This document shows, one piece after another, positions 35,409-46,277 of a stretch of 64,000 bases of DNA. Origin of the DNA: Candidatus Babeliales bacterium (GTDB lineage: Bacteria; Babelota; Babeliae; Babelales; JBFXEV01); NCBI GenBank assembly GCA_050179755.1, contig JBFXEV010000001.1, positions 1,289,994 to 1,353,993 of the forward strand, in the 5' to 3' direction. Every line of letters begins with the position of its first letter. Position 1 is the first letter of the stretch. Below the pieces are notes generated by a model. The model did not search any database, was not told the DNA's origin, and saw nothing but the letters and a program-made list of their open reading frames with translations. A program made the position numbers and the translations under genes.

Positions 35409-37751
35409 TTAATTCTTAATAACTTTTCTCATTTTAGAGCCATCAGAAGGCATAATAAGGCCATCGGCTTCTAAAGTTTCCATAATGCGTGCTGATCTAT
35501 TATATCCTATTCTAAAGCGTCGCTGAAGTAAGGATATAGAAATCTGATCTGTTGATTTTACAAAACCAAGCACTTCTTCGTATAATGCATCATCTGCTTC
35601 AAGAAGCGAGCCTTTTTTTAATGGGAGCTCTTCTTGAATATCAAGATAGTGTGCAGGTTGTTGCGCACGAATATACTCAACTAATTTACTTACCTCTGCA
35701 TGGCCCACATATGCGCCATGTACACGCATAAGTGATGACGATGCGCTCAAAAATAGCATATCACCTTTTCCAAGTAACTTTTCAGCGCCTACGCAATCTA
35801 AAATAGTTCGCGAGTCAACTTTGGATATCACGCGAAATGAAATTCTACTCGGGAAATTAACTTTAATCAACCCTGTAATAACGTCTACCGATGGTCGTTG
35901 AGTTGCCACTATCATATGAATTCCCGCTGCACGTGCCATTTGTGCAATGCGTGCAATAAGCGCTTCAACTTCTTTTCCTGCAGTCATCATTAAGTCAGAA
36001 AGCTCATCAATCATTACTACAATATAGGGCATTGGTTCAAGATCATCTTGCATGGTACATAATTTTTGATAGGCAAGATGATTGCGCACGCCCACGCTCG
36101 CCATAATTTCATAGCGATCTTCCATAGTACGCACTACCCATTGCAAAACGGGACTTGCTGTTCTTGGGTCAGTAACTATGGGGAAAATAAGATGGCCAAT
36201 GTCTGCGTATGATGCAAATTCTAAACGTTTAGGATCAATTAATATCAATCGTAACTGCTGCGGCGTACACCGAAACAGCAAACTCATGAGCATAGTGTTT
36301 AATGCTACTGATTTACCAGAGCCCGTTGATCCTGCAACAAGCAAATGGGGCATATCAGCAAGATCAACAATTACCGGATTGCCCACTATGCCGTGACCAA
36401 GAATGAGTGGCAAATGACCGGCAAATTGTGCGTATGCTTTAGATTGTGTAATGGCAGACATGTGCACGGTTGCTCGATCTTTATTGGCAACTTCAAAACC
36501 TACCACAGATCTTCCTGGAATGGGTGCAATAATACGAATACTAACTGCCTCAAGCGCCATGGCAAGATCATCTTCAAGCGCCAAAATTTTACTTACTTTA
36601 GAATCTATATCCGGCTCATATTCAAACAATGTAATTACCGGACCGGGTTTAATAGCAACCACGTGCCCCGTAATGCCAAAGCGTGCTAATTTTTGTTCGA
36701 GCATGCGCGCACGGTGCTCGTGGAGCGCTTCATCATCTGCCGATTGCTTTTCTTGCTTTGAAGTGCCAAAATGCACAGGATTTGGCATAATATATTTTGT
36801 TTGTTCTTGATGCTGCACTTTTGTATCTCGCGCAATATGCACCAAGGGCGTTTGAATTTCTTTTCTTAGTTCTTTAAGCGCGGGCATTGCAGGCGGAATA
36901 ATCGCTCGCTCAAAAAGTTCAGTTTGCTCATCATAAGGTTGCCCTTGCACCGTGCGCCAAAATTGATTATCGGTGGTATCATTCACCACGTGCTCTACAA
37001 GCTCGCCAAATTCAAGTGGCACCGTATCGCGTTGTTCATCAATAAGTTTTCCTGAGAGCATGCTGCCTATGCGCTGCAAACATTTTCTAATTGCTGCGCA
37101 GCAACCGCTCAAACACGCAAATAAAAAACGCACAACCCGCGCGCAATACTGCTCGGCATATCCTACTGTTGTATCGTTAACCACATAACTTAACGCATGG
37201 CCTACTTTACGTAGTGGCCCCACCCATGCAAGGCGCGAAAGCAATACGCAACTTATGAATATAAACACATGTAACGAAAGAAAAACAATTGTAGGATCAG
37301 CAATCAGCAAAAATAATTTATAAGACATTCTGCCACAAATACCACCTGGCGCTACTACATAGAAAGGATCAAGTGCATAACTATGAAGCAATGCGCTAGT
37401 ACAAACAAGCAACATGCCCGCGGCAACAAAGCGATCAAATTCTGTACGCCAGGCAACGCTCGTTAAAAAAAAATACGCAACAAAACAAAAAACGAAAGGG
37501 ATAAGAAAAGAAGCAGAGCCAAAAAAATACATTAAAAGAGCGGCAAGTTGTGCACCAAACGCACCAAGCATATTATGTCGCTGAGTGACTTGAGAACGCA
37601 CAAAAAACCAAGAGGCGTCTTTGCTATCATATGAAAATAATGACAACGCAATAATAATTGCTGCACATAACAATGTTCCTGCTATCAAAAGCGCACTAAG
37701 CGAGTAACTTGCAATACGTATAGAACTATTTTGTTTTTCATATAACTTCAT
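35409..37751 (-). CDS. ftsK: DNA translocase FtsK/SpoIIIE
   Basis: N-terminal TM helices; PHLLVAGSTGSGKSV, DELSDLMM, ATQRPSVDV; gamma domain LLQRRFRIGYNRSAR. Confidence 0.95.
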   Translation of the reverse strand: MKLYEKQNSSIRIASYSLSALLIAGTLLCAAIIIALSLFSYDSKDASWFFVRSQVTQRHNMLGAFGAQLAALLMYFFGSASFLIPFVFCFVAYFFLTSVAWRTEFDRFVAAGMLLVCTSALLHSYALDPFYVVAPGGICGRMSYKLFLLIADPTIVFLSLHVFIFISCVLLSRLAWVGPLRKVGHALSYVVNDTTVGYAEQYCARVVRFLFACLSGCCAAIRKCLQRIGSMLSGKLIDEQRDTVPLEFGELVEHVVNDTTDNQFWRTVQGQPYDEQTELFERAIIPPAMPALKELRKEIQTPLVHIARDTKVQHQEQTKYIMPNPVHFGTSKQEKQSADDEALHEHRARMLEQKLARFGITGHVVAIKPGPVITLFEYEPDIDSKVSKILALEDDLAMALEAVSIRIIAPIPGRSVVGFEVANKDRATVHMSAITQSKAYAQFAGHLPLILGHGIVGNPVIVDLADMPHLLVAGSTGSGKSVALNTMLMSLLFRCTPQQLRLILIDPKRLEFASYADIGHLIFPIVTDPRTASPVLQWVVRTMEDRYEIMASVGVRNHLAYQKLCTMQDDLEPMPYIVVMIDELSDLMMTAGKEVEALIARIAQMARAAGIHMIVATQRPSVDVITGLIKVNFPSRISFRVISKVDSRTILDCVGAEKLLGKGDMLFLSASSSLMRVHGAYVGHAEVSKLVEYIRAQQPAHYLDIQEELPLKKGSLLEADDALYEEVLGFVKSTDQISISLLQRRFRIGYNRSARIMETLEADGLIMPSDGSKMRKVIKN

Positions 37752-37870
37752 GTATGTACCTCATGACACTATTTTTACTACCACTCACACTTTTTTTAAT
37801 AGTATTATTTAGTATATCGATATCACAGAAAAAATGAATGCAATCATTGCAAGGCACATGGTATACCACT

Positions 37871-37940
37871 CGCCGTCGCTCTCAAAAAGAGAGCTATGGC
37901 GTAGTGTCACGCCGTAGTCCTATTAAGGCGAAGCCGGACT
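37871..37940. repeat. Second REP-like palindrome family
   Basis: CGCCGTCGCTCTC...GAGCTATGGCG and CGCCGTAG...GGCGAAGCCGG; related GC-rich motifs near 23800 and 42575. Confidence 0.45.
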
Positions 37941-38780
37941 TCAAAAAAACGCAACAATACTCAAAGCTAAAGCGTACCACCCAAGCATCCACACACGATC
38001 TGTTCTCACCAAATACTGCATTAACCATAACCCAAAAAAGCCAACTATGCTTGCAATAATCATAAGAGAGCTATCACCTATTGTTATCATGCGCATGCCA
38101 TCTGATTTTTGCAAATCATAGAATCCTTTTATAAAACCTGCAACGCTAATAGGCCATTCAATTAAAAATGAAAGCTCAAATGCTTTTTGTGGCCGCATAC
38201 CAAGCCATCGTGCAGTGGTATACGTAATGCCAAGACGTGAAATACCAGGAAGTAATGCAAGCCCTTGCACAAAACCAAGTGCTGGCGCGGTGGTAATTGA
38301 CCACCCGCCCATATAATTACGTGGTGCATACCGCAAAGAAAATAATAATGCCGTAGTAATTGCATAACCAAGCCATAGCGGAAACCATGCAGTGCCTAGC
38401 GCACTCACTAAAAAATAAAGAACTGCAGTAACGCTCACCGTGATAAAACCAAGAAATAACATTTTAAAAAATTGCTTCCACAAACGTGTAATGTGCGTAA
38501 GCAAATACCACCAACGTGGCAAAAAAAATAATGCAACAAGTAGTGCTATGGGCAAATGCACTACGTGATCCAATGCTGCAGGTACAGTTTCTACAAAAGA
38601 TACGTTACATACTTTTTGTAAAATCGCTGCACATAACAACACGTGACCAGAGCTACTGACAGGCAAACCTTCGAGCGCAATTGGTAGTACCGTAGCACAT
38701 ATTCGATAAAATGATAACATCAAAAGCATCTCCATACTTAATAATTTTCTTGAACTTTCTACGTAGCATAACAAAAACAA
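37941..38780 (-). CDS. uppP: Undecaprenyl-diphosphate phosphatase (BacA/UppP)
   Basis: EGLPVSSSGH and QGLALLPGISRLG motifs; true start probably about 38720-38735. Confidence 0.88.
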   Translation of the reverse strand: MFLLCYVESSRKLLSMEMLLMLSFYRICATVLPIALEGLPVSSSGHVLLCAAILQKVCNVSFVETVPAALDHVVHLPIALLVALFFLPRWWYLLTHITRLWKQFFKMLFLGFITVSVTAVLYFLVSALGTAWFPLWLGYAITTALLFSLRYAPRNYMGGWSITTAPALGFVQGLALLPGISRLGITYTTARWLGMRPQKAFELSFLIEWPISVAGFIKGFYDLQKSDGMRMITIGDSSLMIIASIVGFFGLWLMQYLVRTDRVWMLGWYALALSIVAFF

Positions 38781-39002
38781 AACTAATGCGCGAGCAGTTT
38801 AAAATATTCCAAAAGATACTTTACAAGTAAGCTAAGACCTGGTAAAACTTTACAACGTGCCTTGAGCAGAAAGATGCAAAAAATGCACTCAACTTATTAG
38901 TACAACGAAAGGAGCAACAAGCACACACTTGCCATGATCATGGCTTACAACATCAATCATATTCATAATATTAATATAAGTTTTTGTGATCAGGAGTACC
39001 AC

Positions 39003-40688
39003 ATGAAACAATTTTTAAAACAGCTGTTAAGCATTGCGCTTGTAACAAGCGTATTTGCAATGCACGCAATGGATACCACAAATAGGCGCATATACGGACA
39101 CCCTTATTTTCAAGGTCGTTCACAAGGCGAAAACTTAGCGCGTAGATTAGTAGGCAACGCGCACGAACTCTATCGCTGCGATTTTGATTGCATTAACGGT
39201 GTGCTTGCAATTATTCCAGAATGGAGCCAAACCTCTAATCGTGATGAGCTGGGAGAATTTTTCTCATTCCGCGTACCAACAGTTCCTAATGCAAATAGCA
39301 TGAGTTTTCGTGGCAGCTTAGCTACCAATCCGCCATATGCACCCGCCAATACCGATGTGCTTGCAGAAAACTTTTTACTGCCAAGTACGTTTGATGGCAT
39401 AGCAACGCTCAAACCTCAAAAACAAGACTTTATTGCAGATATTAACTTTCGCCTTAACTTAGACGAATGGCTGTGTGGTCTTTATTTTGAAATAGATATT
39501 CCTATAAACTGGACGCGCTGGAATATGCATTTAGAAGAACGCCCTACAGCGCCACAACCAGGCGATATAGAGATTGTCGCTTCATTTACTGTTACCCCAG
39601 TAGCCCCATTTGTAGCGGAAGCACCAGTAGAAACAATTATTGAGGCATGGAGAGGCAACACAAACGGGCAATTAAGCTTTTTATCTTCTACAACCACCCT
39701 TGCTCCCAATCCAATAAGTATTACCATTCAAGAGATGATCTATGGTAAACTTGATGGATCACAAAGTAAGGCTGGTGTTGCTGATTTAAACTTTATTCTT
39801 GGCTACAACTTTTTCTGCAACGACTGCTACCACTTTGGTGCAAATCTACGCGCCACTGCGCCTACCGGAACACGGCCAGACGCCAAGTATTTATTTGAAC
39901 CAATAGTTGGTAACGGGCGGCACACAACGCTGGGCTTAGGATTAAACGGTCATGCAATCTTATGGGAAAATGGATGTGACCAATCGTTTAGCTTATGGTT
40001 TGACAGTGCGGTATATCATTTATTTAATGCAAAACAAACGCGTACGTTTGATTTAATTGGCAATGGTGTTGGTAGCAGATATTTGCTCTTTAAACGCTTT
40101 GCGCCAGATGAAGATGATGTGCCACAATTCACAGGAACCTTGGTGCCTGGACCAAATGTTACCACTATTGAAACCAAAGTAAAAATAAATGTTGCTGGTG
40201 AAGCAGTATTAATGTTTGATTATCAACGCTGTGGCTTTACCTTTGATGTGGGTTACGGCATTTGGGGAAGATCAAAAGAAAAGATCACGGCAACAAGCAG
40301 TATCGAACCAAGAACATTTGGTCTTCTTGGCGGCACCCCAATTGATAATGACGTTCCTAATTCAGACGATCCAAATCCAAATTTACCGGCAAATCGCACC
40401 AACAGTACGGTAAGAATCAATGGGCAAAATGCTTCAGCAGTTGGCGATGGACCAGCAGATGCTCCAGCAGTACCAGTATTTATATCTGTTGCAGATCTTG
40501 ATCTTGCGCGCGGTGCTGCACCATCAGCTCTTTCTCACAAAGTATTTACCCACCTTGGTTATACGTGGGAAGGCTGTGATTACTCGCCATTCTTTGGTGT
40601 AGGTGGTGAAGTTGAATTCTCTGGTAAACACAACAGTGCATTCAATCAGTGGGGCGTGTGGGCTAAAGGTGGCTTTGCATTCTCATAA
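39003..40688 (+). CDS. Exported protein, putative outer-membrane beta-barrel (paralog 1 of 4)
   Basis: AGGAG RBS, ATG 39003; signal peptide; C-terminus WGVWAKGGFAFS; shared RSQG, GNGxH, GSRYLL and GPNxTT motifs. Confidence 0.7.
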   Translation: MKQFLKQLLSIALVTSVFAMHAMDTTNRRIYGHPYFQGRSQGENLARRLVGNAHELYRCDFDCINGVLAIIPEWSQTSNRDELGEFFSFRVPTVPNANSMSFRGSLATNPPYAPANTDVLAENFLLPSTFDGIATLKPQKQDFIADINFRLNLDEWLCGLYFEIDIPINWTRWNMHLEERPTAPQPGDIEIVASFTVTPVAPFVAEAPVETIIEAWRGNTNGQLSFLSSTTTLAPNPISITIQEMIYGKLDGSQSKAGVADLNFILGYNFFCNDCYHFGANLRATAPTGTRPDAKYLFEPIVGNGRHTTLGLGLNGHAILWENGCDQSFSLWFDSAVYHLFNAKQTRTFDLIGNGVGSRYLLFKRFAPDEDDVPQFTGTLVPGPNVTTIETKVKINVAGEAVLMFDYQRCGFTFDVGYGIWGRSKEKITATSSIEPRTFGLLGGTPIDNDVPNSDDPNPNLPANRTNSTVRINGQNASAVGDGPADAPAVPVFISVADLDLARGAAPSALSHKVFTHLGYTWEGCDYSPFFGVGGEVEFSGKHNSAFNQWGVWAKGGFAFS

Positions 40689-40739
40689 TAGTTACTTAAT
40701 GCATTTGTATTCTTTATAAAAGAAAACAAATGAAAAACC

Positions 40740-40781
40740 AGAAGGGGCTTTGTCATCTTTAAAGAAATGACAGGCCCCTTC
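40740..40781 (+). terminator. Intrinsic terminator-like hairpin
   Basis: AGAAGGGGCTTGTCAT...ATGACAGGCCCCTTCT. Confidence 0.65.
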
Positions 40782-40850
40782 TTCTAAAGAAATATTTACG
40801 GTACAATAAAGTGAGAATTAAAAAACTAGTAAGAAAGCAACGCGAACAAC

Positions 40851-42482
40851 ATGAAACAAAATAGAGTATTAATGTGTGGCATTTTCTCACTCTATGCCAT
40901 TCTTTTTCATGTACCACAGACAATTAAATGTACTACTGTTGGTAAACCATTTTTAGCAACGCGCTCTCAAGGCAATAATTTAGTGCGCCGTCTTGTAGGT
41001 GAAATTCATGAATTGCTGCATTGTGGTAACACATGCAGGAATGGCATCATTTCTATAACTCCTGAATGGAGCCAAAATTTTAATACAAATGGATTAGGAA
41101 CTTATTTTTCTTTACGACCGAGCGCAAGAAATCAGGCAAACAGCATGAACTTTCGCGGCAGCCGAGCAGAAAATCCGCCATTCAGCCCAGAAAACACCAA
41201 CGTACTCGCTGAATACTTTTTGCTTGCAAGTAATTTTTCTGGCAATGTAACGTTGCACCCACATATTGAAAATTTTGTTACCGATATTAACATGCGCTTG
41301 AATCTCTATAATAGATTACCAGGTCTCTATTTTGAAATTGGCGTTCCTATCACCTGGACTCGCGCACACGTTGAACTTAAAGAAACGCCACCGGCAAATC
41401 CTGGAACCAATTTAGCAATACTTGCATCTAACAACCCTATCAACGCACCATTTGAAACACCTGCTCCTTTTTTTACCATAACAGAAGCATATAATGGAAT
41501 TCATGAACAACAAGAATTCATCTTCACAAGCCCTGGCGTTGATCCAATAACAATCACCATAGAAAATTTAAACTTTGCACGCATTAACGACAAACAAACT
41601 AAAAGTGGTGTTGCAGACGTTGAACTTGTGGCAGGATATAACCTACTTTGCAAAGAAAAATATCATTTTGCAGTCAACGCACGCTTGACGGTGCCAACCG
41701 GAAATCGTCCCGAAGCAGTATACGTATTTGAACCAATACTGGGAAATGGTCATCATCTACAAATCGGTGGCGGCATAAATGCACACGCAGTTGTGTGGCA
41801 TAATGGTTGTGATAGATCATGGCGCATTTGGTTTGATAGCGCCCTTTACTATGCATGCAGCACACGCCAAAAACGCACATTTGATATACAAGGCAGCGGC
41901 ATTGGTAGCAGATATTTATTATTGAAACGATTTGATGCTGCCGGCAATTTTGATAATGCTTTTATGCCAGGTCCAAATATTACCACGCTTGATGCAGACG
42001 TGAAAATAGGATTAACTGGCCAAGCAGTACTTTTGGCAGATTACCAACGTGGAGGGCTTACTGTAGACTTTGGCTACAGCATTTGGGGTAGAGAAAAAGA
42101 AAAAATTACCCTTGCACAAAATATTGTGCAAGGCACGTACGGCATTTGGGGTGGCACGCCCATTGATAATTTAATACCAGATGCAGCAAATCGCACAAAT
42201 AGCCAAACAACTATTAATGGTGTTAATTTTGTGACGGCCACTAATCCCGTATTTGATATGCCAAGTCCGCACACACTCTCTAATGCAAGCATTGATATTG
42301 CAAGCGCAGAATCTCCTGCAGCATGTTCCCATATTCTTTTTGCACATGTTTCATATGCATGGCGAAAACGCCATATTACACCGCTTATTGGCGTTGGTGG
42401 ACAAGTTGAGCTTTCTGGAAAACAAAACAATGCATTGAATATGTGGAGCGTGTGGATGAAAATGGGGTTAGCATGGTTTTAG
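40851..42482 (+). CDS. Exported putative beta-barrel protein (paralog 2 of 4)
   Basis: Signal peptide; same conserved blocks; ends WMKMGLAWF. Confidence 0.7.
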   Translation: MKQNRVLMCGIFSLYAILFHVPQTIKCTTVGKPFLATRSQGNNLVRRLVGEIHELLHCGNTCRNGIISITPEWSQNFNTNGLGTYFSLRPSARNQANSMNFRGSRAENPPFSPENTNVLAEYFLLASNFSGNVTLHPHIENFVTDINMRLNLYNRLPGLYFEIGVPITWTRAHVELKETPPANPGTNLAILASNNPINAPFETPAPFFTITEAYNGIHEQQEFIFTSPGVDPITITIENLNFARINDKQTKSGVADVELVAGYNLLCKEKYHFAVNARLTVPTGNRPEAVYVFEPILGNGHHLQIGGGINAHAVVWHNGCDRSWRIWFDSALYYACSTRQKRTFDIQGSGIGSRYLLLKRFDAAGNFDNAFMPGPNITTLDADVKIGLTGQAVLLADYQRGGLTVDFGYSIWGREKEKITLAQNIVQGTYGIWGGTPIDNLIPDAANRTNSQTTINGVNFVTATNPVFDMPSPHTLSNASIDIASAESPAACSHILFAHVSYAWRKRHITPLIGVGGQVELSGKQNNALNMWSVWMKMGLAWF

Positions 42483-42491
42483 TCTATTTAT

Positions 42492-42681
42492 CGCTCATAT
42501 CCTTCGACAGGCTCAGGAAGAGCGGGATAAAGCAATTTACATTGAGTATGATCAATGAGAATAAACAGACCGCTTACGCCTATGCCAAGGCTCCGGCGCA
42601 CAAGCATCTTGATTGTTCTTCGCCCGCTCATCCTGAGCTTGTCGAAGGATGGCTAAGAAGAATGTATCGAAATATAAAGCG
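42492..42681. repeat. REP-like inverted doublet with nested composite
   Basis: Reverse short form 42492-42524; long form 42570-42681 containing CCTGAGCTTGTCGAAGG at 42632. Confidence 0.7.
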
Positions 42682-42704
42682 AGCCAATAATAAAGGATAA
42701 CAAC

Positions 42705-44426
42705 GTGAATAAACTATTAAAACAACTTCTTACACTTGCGCTCATTGCGAATGTAATGAGCATTTACTCAAGTCCCTTTAATAAAAGAGATACGTATGGC
42801 AAACCTTTTTTTGCAGCAAGATCACAAGGTGATAATTTAGCACGTAGATTAGTTGGTGAAGTAAATGAATTAGTGCCTTGTTTTTGCGGCATGAATGGCG
42901 TACTTTCAATTACCGCAGAATATACTGAAACCTTTCATGACAATGCTATTGGCAGGTATTTTTCATTCCGTCCACCTATCCCTGAACTTTGCCCATGCGA
43001 TGATCTTTGCGCACCCGACAGCACGTCTAGAAACAGTACAAGCATTGAGCAGCCTGATACTAATAGAATGTTTTTTAGAGGATTGTTTACCGATCCTGAG
43101 CCCTCGCCAGAAAATACCGATGTAATTGCAGAAAACTTTCTACTAGCAAGTACATTTAACGGCGAAGTCATACTAAAACCTAAAGTAACCAACGTCATTT
43201 TAGATTTTAATTGGCGCATGAATTTAGAAGGTCTTCGTGAAGGATTATATATAGATGTGGGTGTTCCAGTTGTATGGACACGATGGAATATGCACCTTGA
43301 AGAAATCACGGGCCCACAACCAGGTAATATAATAATACCCGCTTCGGCCGTTTTAGTAGAACCGTTTGAGGCGCCTGCTCCTGTGACAACTATAATTGAT
43401 GCGTGGCGAGGCCAAACTGATACCACTCTCACATTTGAAAGTACCACAGCAGGTCAAGCCCCCATTGATATCACCATAGAGCCAATGCTCTTTGCAAGAA
43501 TAAACGGGCGCCAGAAAAAACGTGGGATTGCTGACGTACATTTTGCTCTGGGCAGAAATTTTGTATGCACCGAATATAGCCATATGGCAGTAGACTTACG
43601 TGTAATTGCACCTACTGGCACAAGACCAGAAGGCAGATTTGTATTTGAACCAATTGTTGGTAACGGCCATCATGTGGGTGTTGGTGGTGGTATGTCTGCA
43701 CACACTACTTTATGGCAACGGGATTGCCCAGATCGTGCTATGAACATTTGGCTTGAAGGCGTCATTTATCATCTTTTTAAAACAAAACAACGCCGAACTT
43801 TTGATCTAAGACCGCGTGAAGGCATGTGTGACCCGCTGAATGAGCAAACTCGCAATATTGGCAGCAGATATTTACTCCTCAAGCGATTTAATCCCGATGG
43901 TACATTTGCCAACGCGTTTGTTCCTGGCCCCAACGCAACCACTCTTAATGCAGATGTAGCTATTAACGTTATGGGCGAATTTGTGGTGCTCTTTGATTAT
44001 CAATGGTCAAACGTATCATTTGATATTGGCTATAACCTCTGGGGTAGAAGCCAAGAAAGTATTACCATCACTGACGAAATCCCCGAAAACACGTTTGGCA
44101 TATTGGGCGGCACACCAATTGATAACAATGTTCCAGGTGCTGCAAATCGAACAAATAGTGAAGCAAGGATCAATGGCATAGGCTACTCGACTTCTGGTGA
44201 TGTCCCAGATCCAGTTTTTCTGCGTACATGCGATCTTGATTCAAGAGCTGCTCAAGCGCCAGCTGCACTCACCAACAAAATATTTGCTCATTTAGGATAC
44301 ACCTTTGAAGGTTGTTATTATGCAGTATTTATGGGAATAGGTGGCGAGGTAGAATTTTCAGGCATAAGAAATAATGCGTTTAATCAATGGGGCGTTTGGG
44401 GTAAATTAGGCTTTGCGTTTATGTAG
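42705..44426 (+). CDS. Exported putative beta-barrel protein (paralog 3 of 4)
   Basis: AAGGA RBS, GTG start; ends WGVWGKLGFAFM; Cys-rich insert LCPCDDLC. Confidence 0.7.
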   Translation: MNKLLKQLLTLALIANVMSIYSSPFNKRDTYGKPFFAARSQGDNLARRLVGEVNELVPCFCGMNGVLSITAEYTETFHDNAIGRYFSFRPPIPELCPCDDLCAPDSTSRNSTSIEQPDTNRMFFRGLFTDPEPSPENTDVIAENFLLASTFNGEVILKPKVTNVILDFNWRMNLEGLREGLYIDVGVPVVWTRWNMHLEEITGPQPGNIIIPASAVLVEPFEAPAPVTTIIDAWRGQTDTTLTFESTTAGQAPIDITIEPMLFARINGRQKKRGIADVHFALGRNFVCTEYSHMAVDLRVIAPTGTRPEGRFVFEPIVGNGHHVGVGGGMSAHTTLWQRDCPDRAMNIWLEGVIYHLFKTKQRRTFDLRPREGMCDPLNEQTRNIGSRYLLLKRFNPDGTFANAFVPGPNATTLNADVAINVMGEFVVLFDYQWSNVSFDIGYNLWGRSQESITITDEIPENTFGILGGTPIDNNVPGAANRTNSEARINGIGYSTSGDVPDPVFLRTCDLDSRAAQAPAALTNKIFAHLGYTFEGCYYAVFMGIGGEVEFSGIRNNAFNQWGVWGKLGFAFM

Positions 44427-44507
44427 TCTACTGACAAACCTAAGTAATTATGGTACAACATTAAAAAGATAAATAATTGTAATGCAGCATAAGGAGATTA
44501 GTAACTC

Positions 44508-46019
44508 ATGATAGCCCAACCCATTCGCATACTCACCTTGTTGAGCATTACCTGCTTATTGTCAACAACGCTCTTGGCAGTAACTGGTCGTTCTCAATTT
44601 ACCATTCGTTCACAAGGCATGAATATGCCACGCAACATGGTAGGCATGGAACCTTATGATTATTGCCTAAAGGACGGATTTCCTTGTTTCTATTTTGGCA
44701 TAACACCCGCATTCTCTCAATCATTCTCCGATGATAATCTTGAACAATATCTTTTCTTTAACGGCACTAATACCATGACGTTTGGACCATTAGGCGATCG
44801 CGAGACAGACGTTTTTGCACGTAACTTTTTATTGAATGATGACTTTCGCGGCAATGTGACCATTAAGCCTGATATACAAAGCATGGTGCTTGATCTGCAG
44901 TTTCGCATAAGCCTTAATAAAATAGCATGCGGCCTTTATTTAGAAACATATATTCCTGTAACATGGTCCCAATGGGATTTGCATATGGAAGAACGTGTGC
45001 GTTCTTCAGGAACTTTTGTTGAAGCAAATAAACTCGGCAATGCTACTCGAGAAAATTCATTCTTAAAAACTATTATTCGTGCATGGCAAGGTGACACCAT
45101 AGATGTAAACACGTTCCCTGCCGTACGAAACGACATGGACTTTGCCACCGTCAATGGAAAAAGATCAGAAATAGCGCTGGCAGATGTTTATTTAGGATTA
45201 GGTTACACGATAATAAAAAAACCAGATTGGCAAGTTGATTTGCAACTTCTGTATATAGCGCCTGCTGGCAAACGACCAGAACCGCGCTATTTTTTTAATG
45301 CACAAGTAGGTAATGGCAAGCATAATGCTATTGGTGGCGCGCTGCATACGTATCATAACGTATTTACCGGCGACGATACTGCTCTCACCGGTGTTTTTGA
45401 TATTCGCGCATATCACTTTTTTGGCGCAAGCCAACGCAGAACCTTTGATTTAAATGCCAACGGGATTGGCAGTAGATACTTATTATTCAAACGCTTCAAC
45501 CCAGACACTGGCACTCCTACGGGAGAAATTGTTTTTGGACCAAACGTAACCACCCTTGATTGTAATGTGAGCGTAGGCGCCGTTGCAGAAGCTACCATGA
45601 TGGCAACCTATGATTGGTACAAATGGCAATTTAATGTTGGGGCCAATGCATGGATACAATCAAAAGAACACATCACCCTCAAACAAGACATTCCTGCTCG
45701 TACGTTCGGCATTCAAGGCAATACCAATAGCAACGCCAATCAAACAGCCAGCCAAACGCTCATCAACGGGCAAAATGCAAATATGTTTGATCCTTTAGGG
45801 TTTCCTGTTTTTATAGGAACTGCCAGCATTAATCTTGATTCGGCCAAAACACCCACTGCAACCTCATATATGCTTTTTGCACATGCATCCCGAACCTGGA
45901 AAAACAATCCTCTTGAGCCGTTTGTGGGCATTGGAGGCGAGCTTGAACTATCGGCGTTCTCCAATAAGGCACTTGAACAGTTTAGTATATGGTTTAAAGC
46001 CGGATTTAGTTACGCGTAA
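44508..46019 (+). CDS. Exported putative beta-barrel protein (paralog 4 of 4)
   Basis: AAGGAG RBS; signal peptide; ends SIWFKAGFSYA. Confidence 0.7.
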   Translation: MIAQPIRILTLLSITCLLSTTLLAVTGRSQFTIRSQGMNMPRNMVGMEPYDYCLKDGFPCFYFGITPAFSQSFSDDNLEQYLFFNGTNTMTFGPLGDRETDVFARNFLLNDDFRGNVTIKPDIQSMVLDLQFRISLNKIACGLYLETYIPVTWSQWDLHMEERVRSSGTFVEANKLGNATRENSFLKTIIRAWQGDTIDVNTFPAVRNDMDFATVNGKRSEIALADVYLGLGYTIIKKPDWQVDLQLLYIAPAGKRPEPRYFFNAQVGNGKHNAIGGALHTYHNVFTGDDTALTGVFDIRAYHFFGASQRRTFDLNANGIGSRYLLFKRFNPDTGTPTGEIVFGPNVTTLDCNVSVGAVAEATMMATYDWYKWQFNVGANAWIQSKEHITLKQDIPARTFGIQGNTNSNANQTASQTLINGQNANMFDPLGFPVFIGTASINLDSAKTPTATSYMLFAHASRTWKNNPLEPFVGIGGELELSAFSNKALEQFSIWFKAGFSYA

Positions 46020-46277
46020 CGTAACAGACAGGGAACACAACCTGTTATTCTACAAAGCCACAGGGGGCCTTATTCAAAAACAACCCTATCTGTAATATAA
46101 AATTCATAAAAAACAATACGCTTCCATGCATAGCAAAAACATGATCCAGTGCGGTTTTATGAAAAAACAAGGTTAAACCCTTGATATTTAATTACTATTT
46201 GTGCGATATTGATAGTGAACATGAGCGCCATGATCAATGTAAGGAAATAGTAATAACAATAATCAAAAGGAGAAGCC

